Under the pieces are notes generated by a model that was not told the origin of the DNA, ran no database searches, and saw only the letters and a list, made by a program, of their open reading frames with translations. Of a stretch of 37,267 nucleotides of DNA, positions 36,180 to 37,267 are shown one piece after another. How positions within the stretch are numbered: the first letter of the stretch is position 1; every line of letters begins with the position of its first letter. Source of the stretch: an uncultured Actinomycetes bacterium (GTDB lineage Bacteria; Actinomycetota; Acidimicrobiia; Spongiisociales; DATADW01); assembly GCA_963824995.1 (NCBI GenBank), contig CAWGRK010000001.1, positions 263,094-300,360 on the forward strand. The letters run 5' to 3'. Position numbers and translations under genes: made by a program.

Positions 36180-37267
36180 GCGGTCGGCGGCTCGACCGCC
36201 TCGAAGGCCGGCACCTCGGTGTCGGACCTCCATGAACTCAGTCGGTCTCCTTCATGAGGTCGTAGAGCTTCGTCTCGTTGTTGATCCACTCGTCGTCGAG
36301 GAAGACGCTGTCGACGAACCAGTCGTGGCTCGGCGATGTAGTCGCTCGTGATCGGCGACGTCCTCGTCCTCCTCGACCGCGAAGTGCTGCGGGTAGGTGA
36401 CGGATGATCTCGGCCTGGTTGTCGCGCCAGCCCTTGATGCCCTCCTCCCAGAGGGCGAGGAAGGCCGCGGCCTCCTTCGGGTGGGCGTCGTACCACTCCG
36501 TGGTGGCGGTGAAGTTGTTGCCCATGATCCCGGCGTGGCTCGCACGGCAGCAGATGTCGCCGTAGACCTCGTACGGCGAGCTTGCCGTCGTACATGACCT
36601 CGAGCTCGCCCTTGCGCAGGTAGCGGGATCGCGGCCTCGGGGATGGCCAGCGCGGCCTCGATGTCGCCGCGGACGACGTGCTCGGGCATCACGAAGTGGT
36701 CCTCGACGACGAGCTCGAAGTCGCCGCCGCCGACGCGGAAGTCGAGGTCGTGCAGTTCTTGCGGCGTACATGCCCCACACGAGCGTCGAGGAGACGGCGC
36801 TCGGGACGCCGATCTTCGAGCCCTTGGGGATGTCGGCGAGCGTCGTGTAGCTGCCCGGGCGCGGCGAGCGGCGTGATCCGGGCAGGTTGTACTTGCCGAA
36901 GGTGACCGTCGCGATGCCGGTCTTCTCCTCCAGCAGCGGGAGCTCGTAGGTCGCGGTGGAGACGATGTCGCCGTGACCGCCGGCGAAGTACGCGAACTCG
37001 TCCCAGGTGGAGGAGGTCACGATCCGGATGTTGTTGCTCCTCCTCGTACTTCACGATGATCCCGTTGTCGTTCATGTAGTCCCACACGGGATCGGGGGCG
37101 AACGCGAAGCGGATGATCTCCGCCCCGCCCGATTCCTCCTCGGCCGCCTCGTAGTCGGCGGTGCCGGTCCCGCCGGCAGCCGTCGTCCCGGTATCGCCCG
37201 AGTCGCCGCCACATGCAACGGCGAGAAGCGCTATCGCCAATAGGAGTACTCCGACACGCCGCGTCGA
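36180..37267 (-). CDS. ABC transporter substrate-binding lipoprotein, NMT1/TauA-like (many frameshifts; ends approximate)
   Basis: Lipobox LLAVAC near 37210, IRFAFAPDPVWDY, TLADIPKGSKIGVPS, WYDAHPKEAAAFLALWEEG; first gene of the Tau/Ssu-type operon. Confidence 0.72.

Overview
High-GC bacterial DNA, most likely an actinobacterium (inferred from GC content, TAnnnT -10 boxes and apparently leaderless genes). Almost the whole window is one catabolic island with about 35 genes. Regulators: one LacI, two GntR/FCD and one ArsR. Transport: a family-5 (Dpp/Opp-type) ABC importer without ATPase genes, a TauABC/SsuABC-type ABC importer and three MFS permeases. Enzymes: an LVIVD-repeat protein, two M24/creatinase-fold proteins that lack most metal ligands, two creatininase-family proteins with an NWHEGN motif, three alpha/beta hydrolases, three ACMSD-like amidohydrolases, a cyclic amidohydrolase, a DHDPS-fold lyase, a CoxL-like molybdoenzyme large subunit with no partner subunits nearby, a phytoene-dehydrogenase-like flavoprotein, a Gfo/Idh/MocA oxidoreductase, a cupin, a Zn-dependent dehydrogenase and two D-2-hydroxyacid dehydrogenases. 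The main sequence-level result is a recurring 12-bp LacI-type palindrome (about NCAAWCGWTTGY) in seven intergenic regions, usually beside a TAnnnT box, which suggests the island is one regulon for a substrate I cannot identify (ring-opening catabolism of an N-heterocycle or a cyclic polyol/diketone is inferred). Non-coding features include heptamer tandem arrays, a REPIN-like structured element and a triplicated gene 3' end. Many genes carry single-base indels, mostly in homopolymers and very dense after about 33.7 kb; these look like long-read errors rather than pseudogenes. I saw no rRNA, tRNA, CRISPR array, transposase or integrase.
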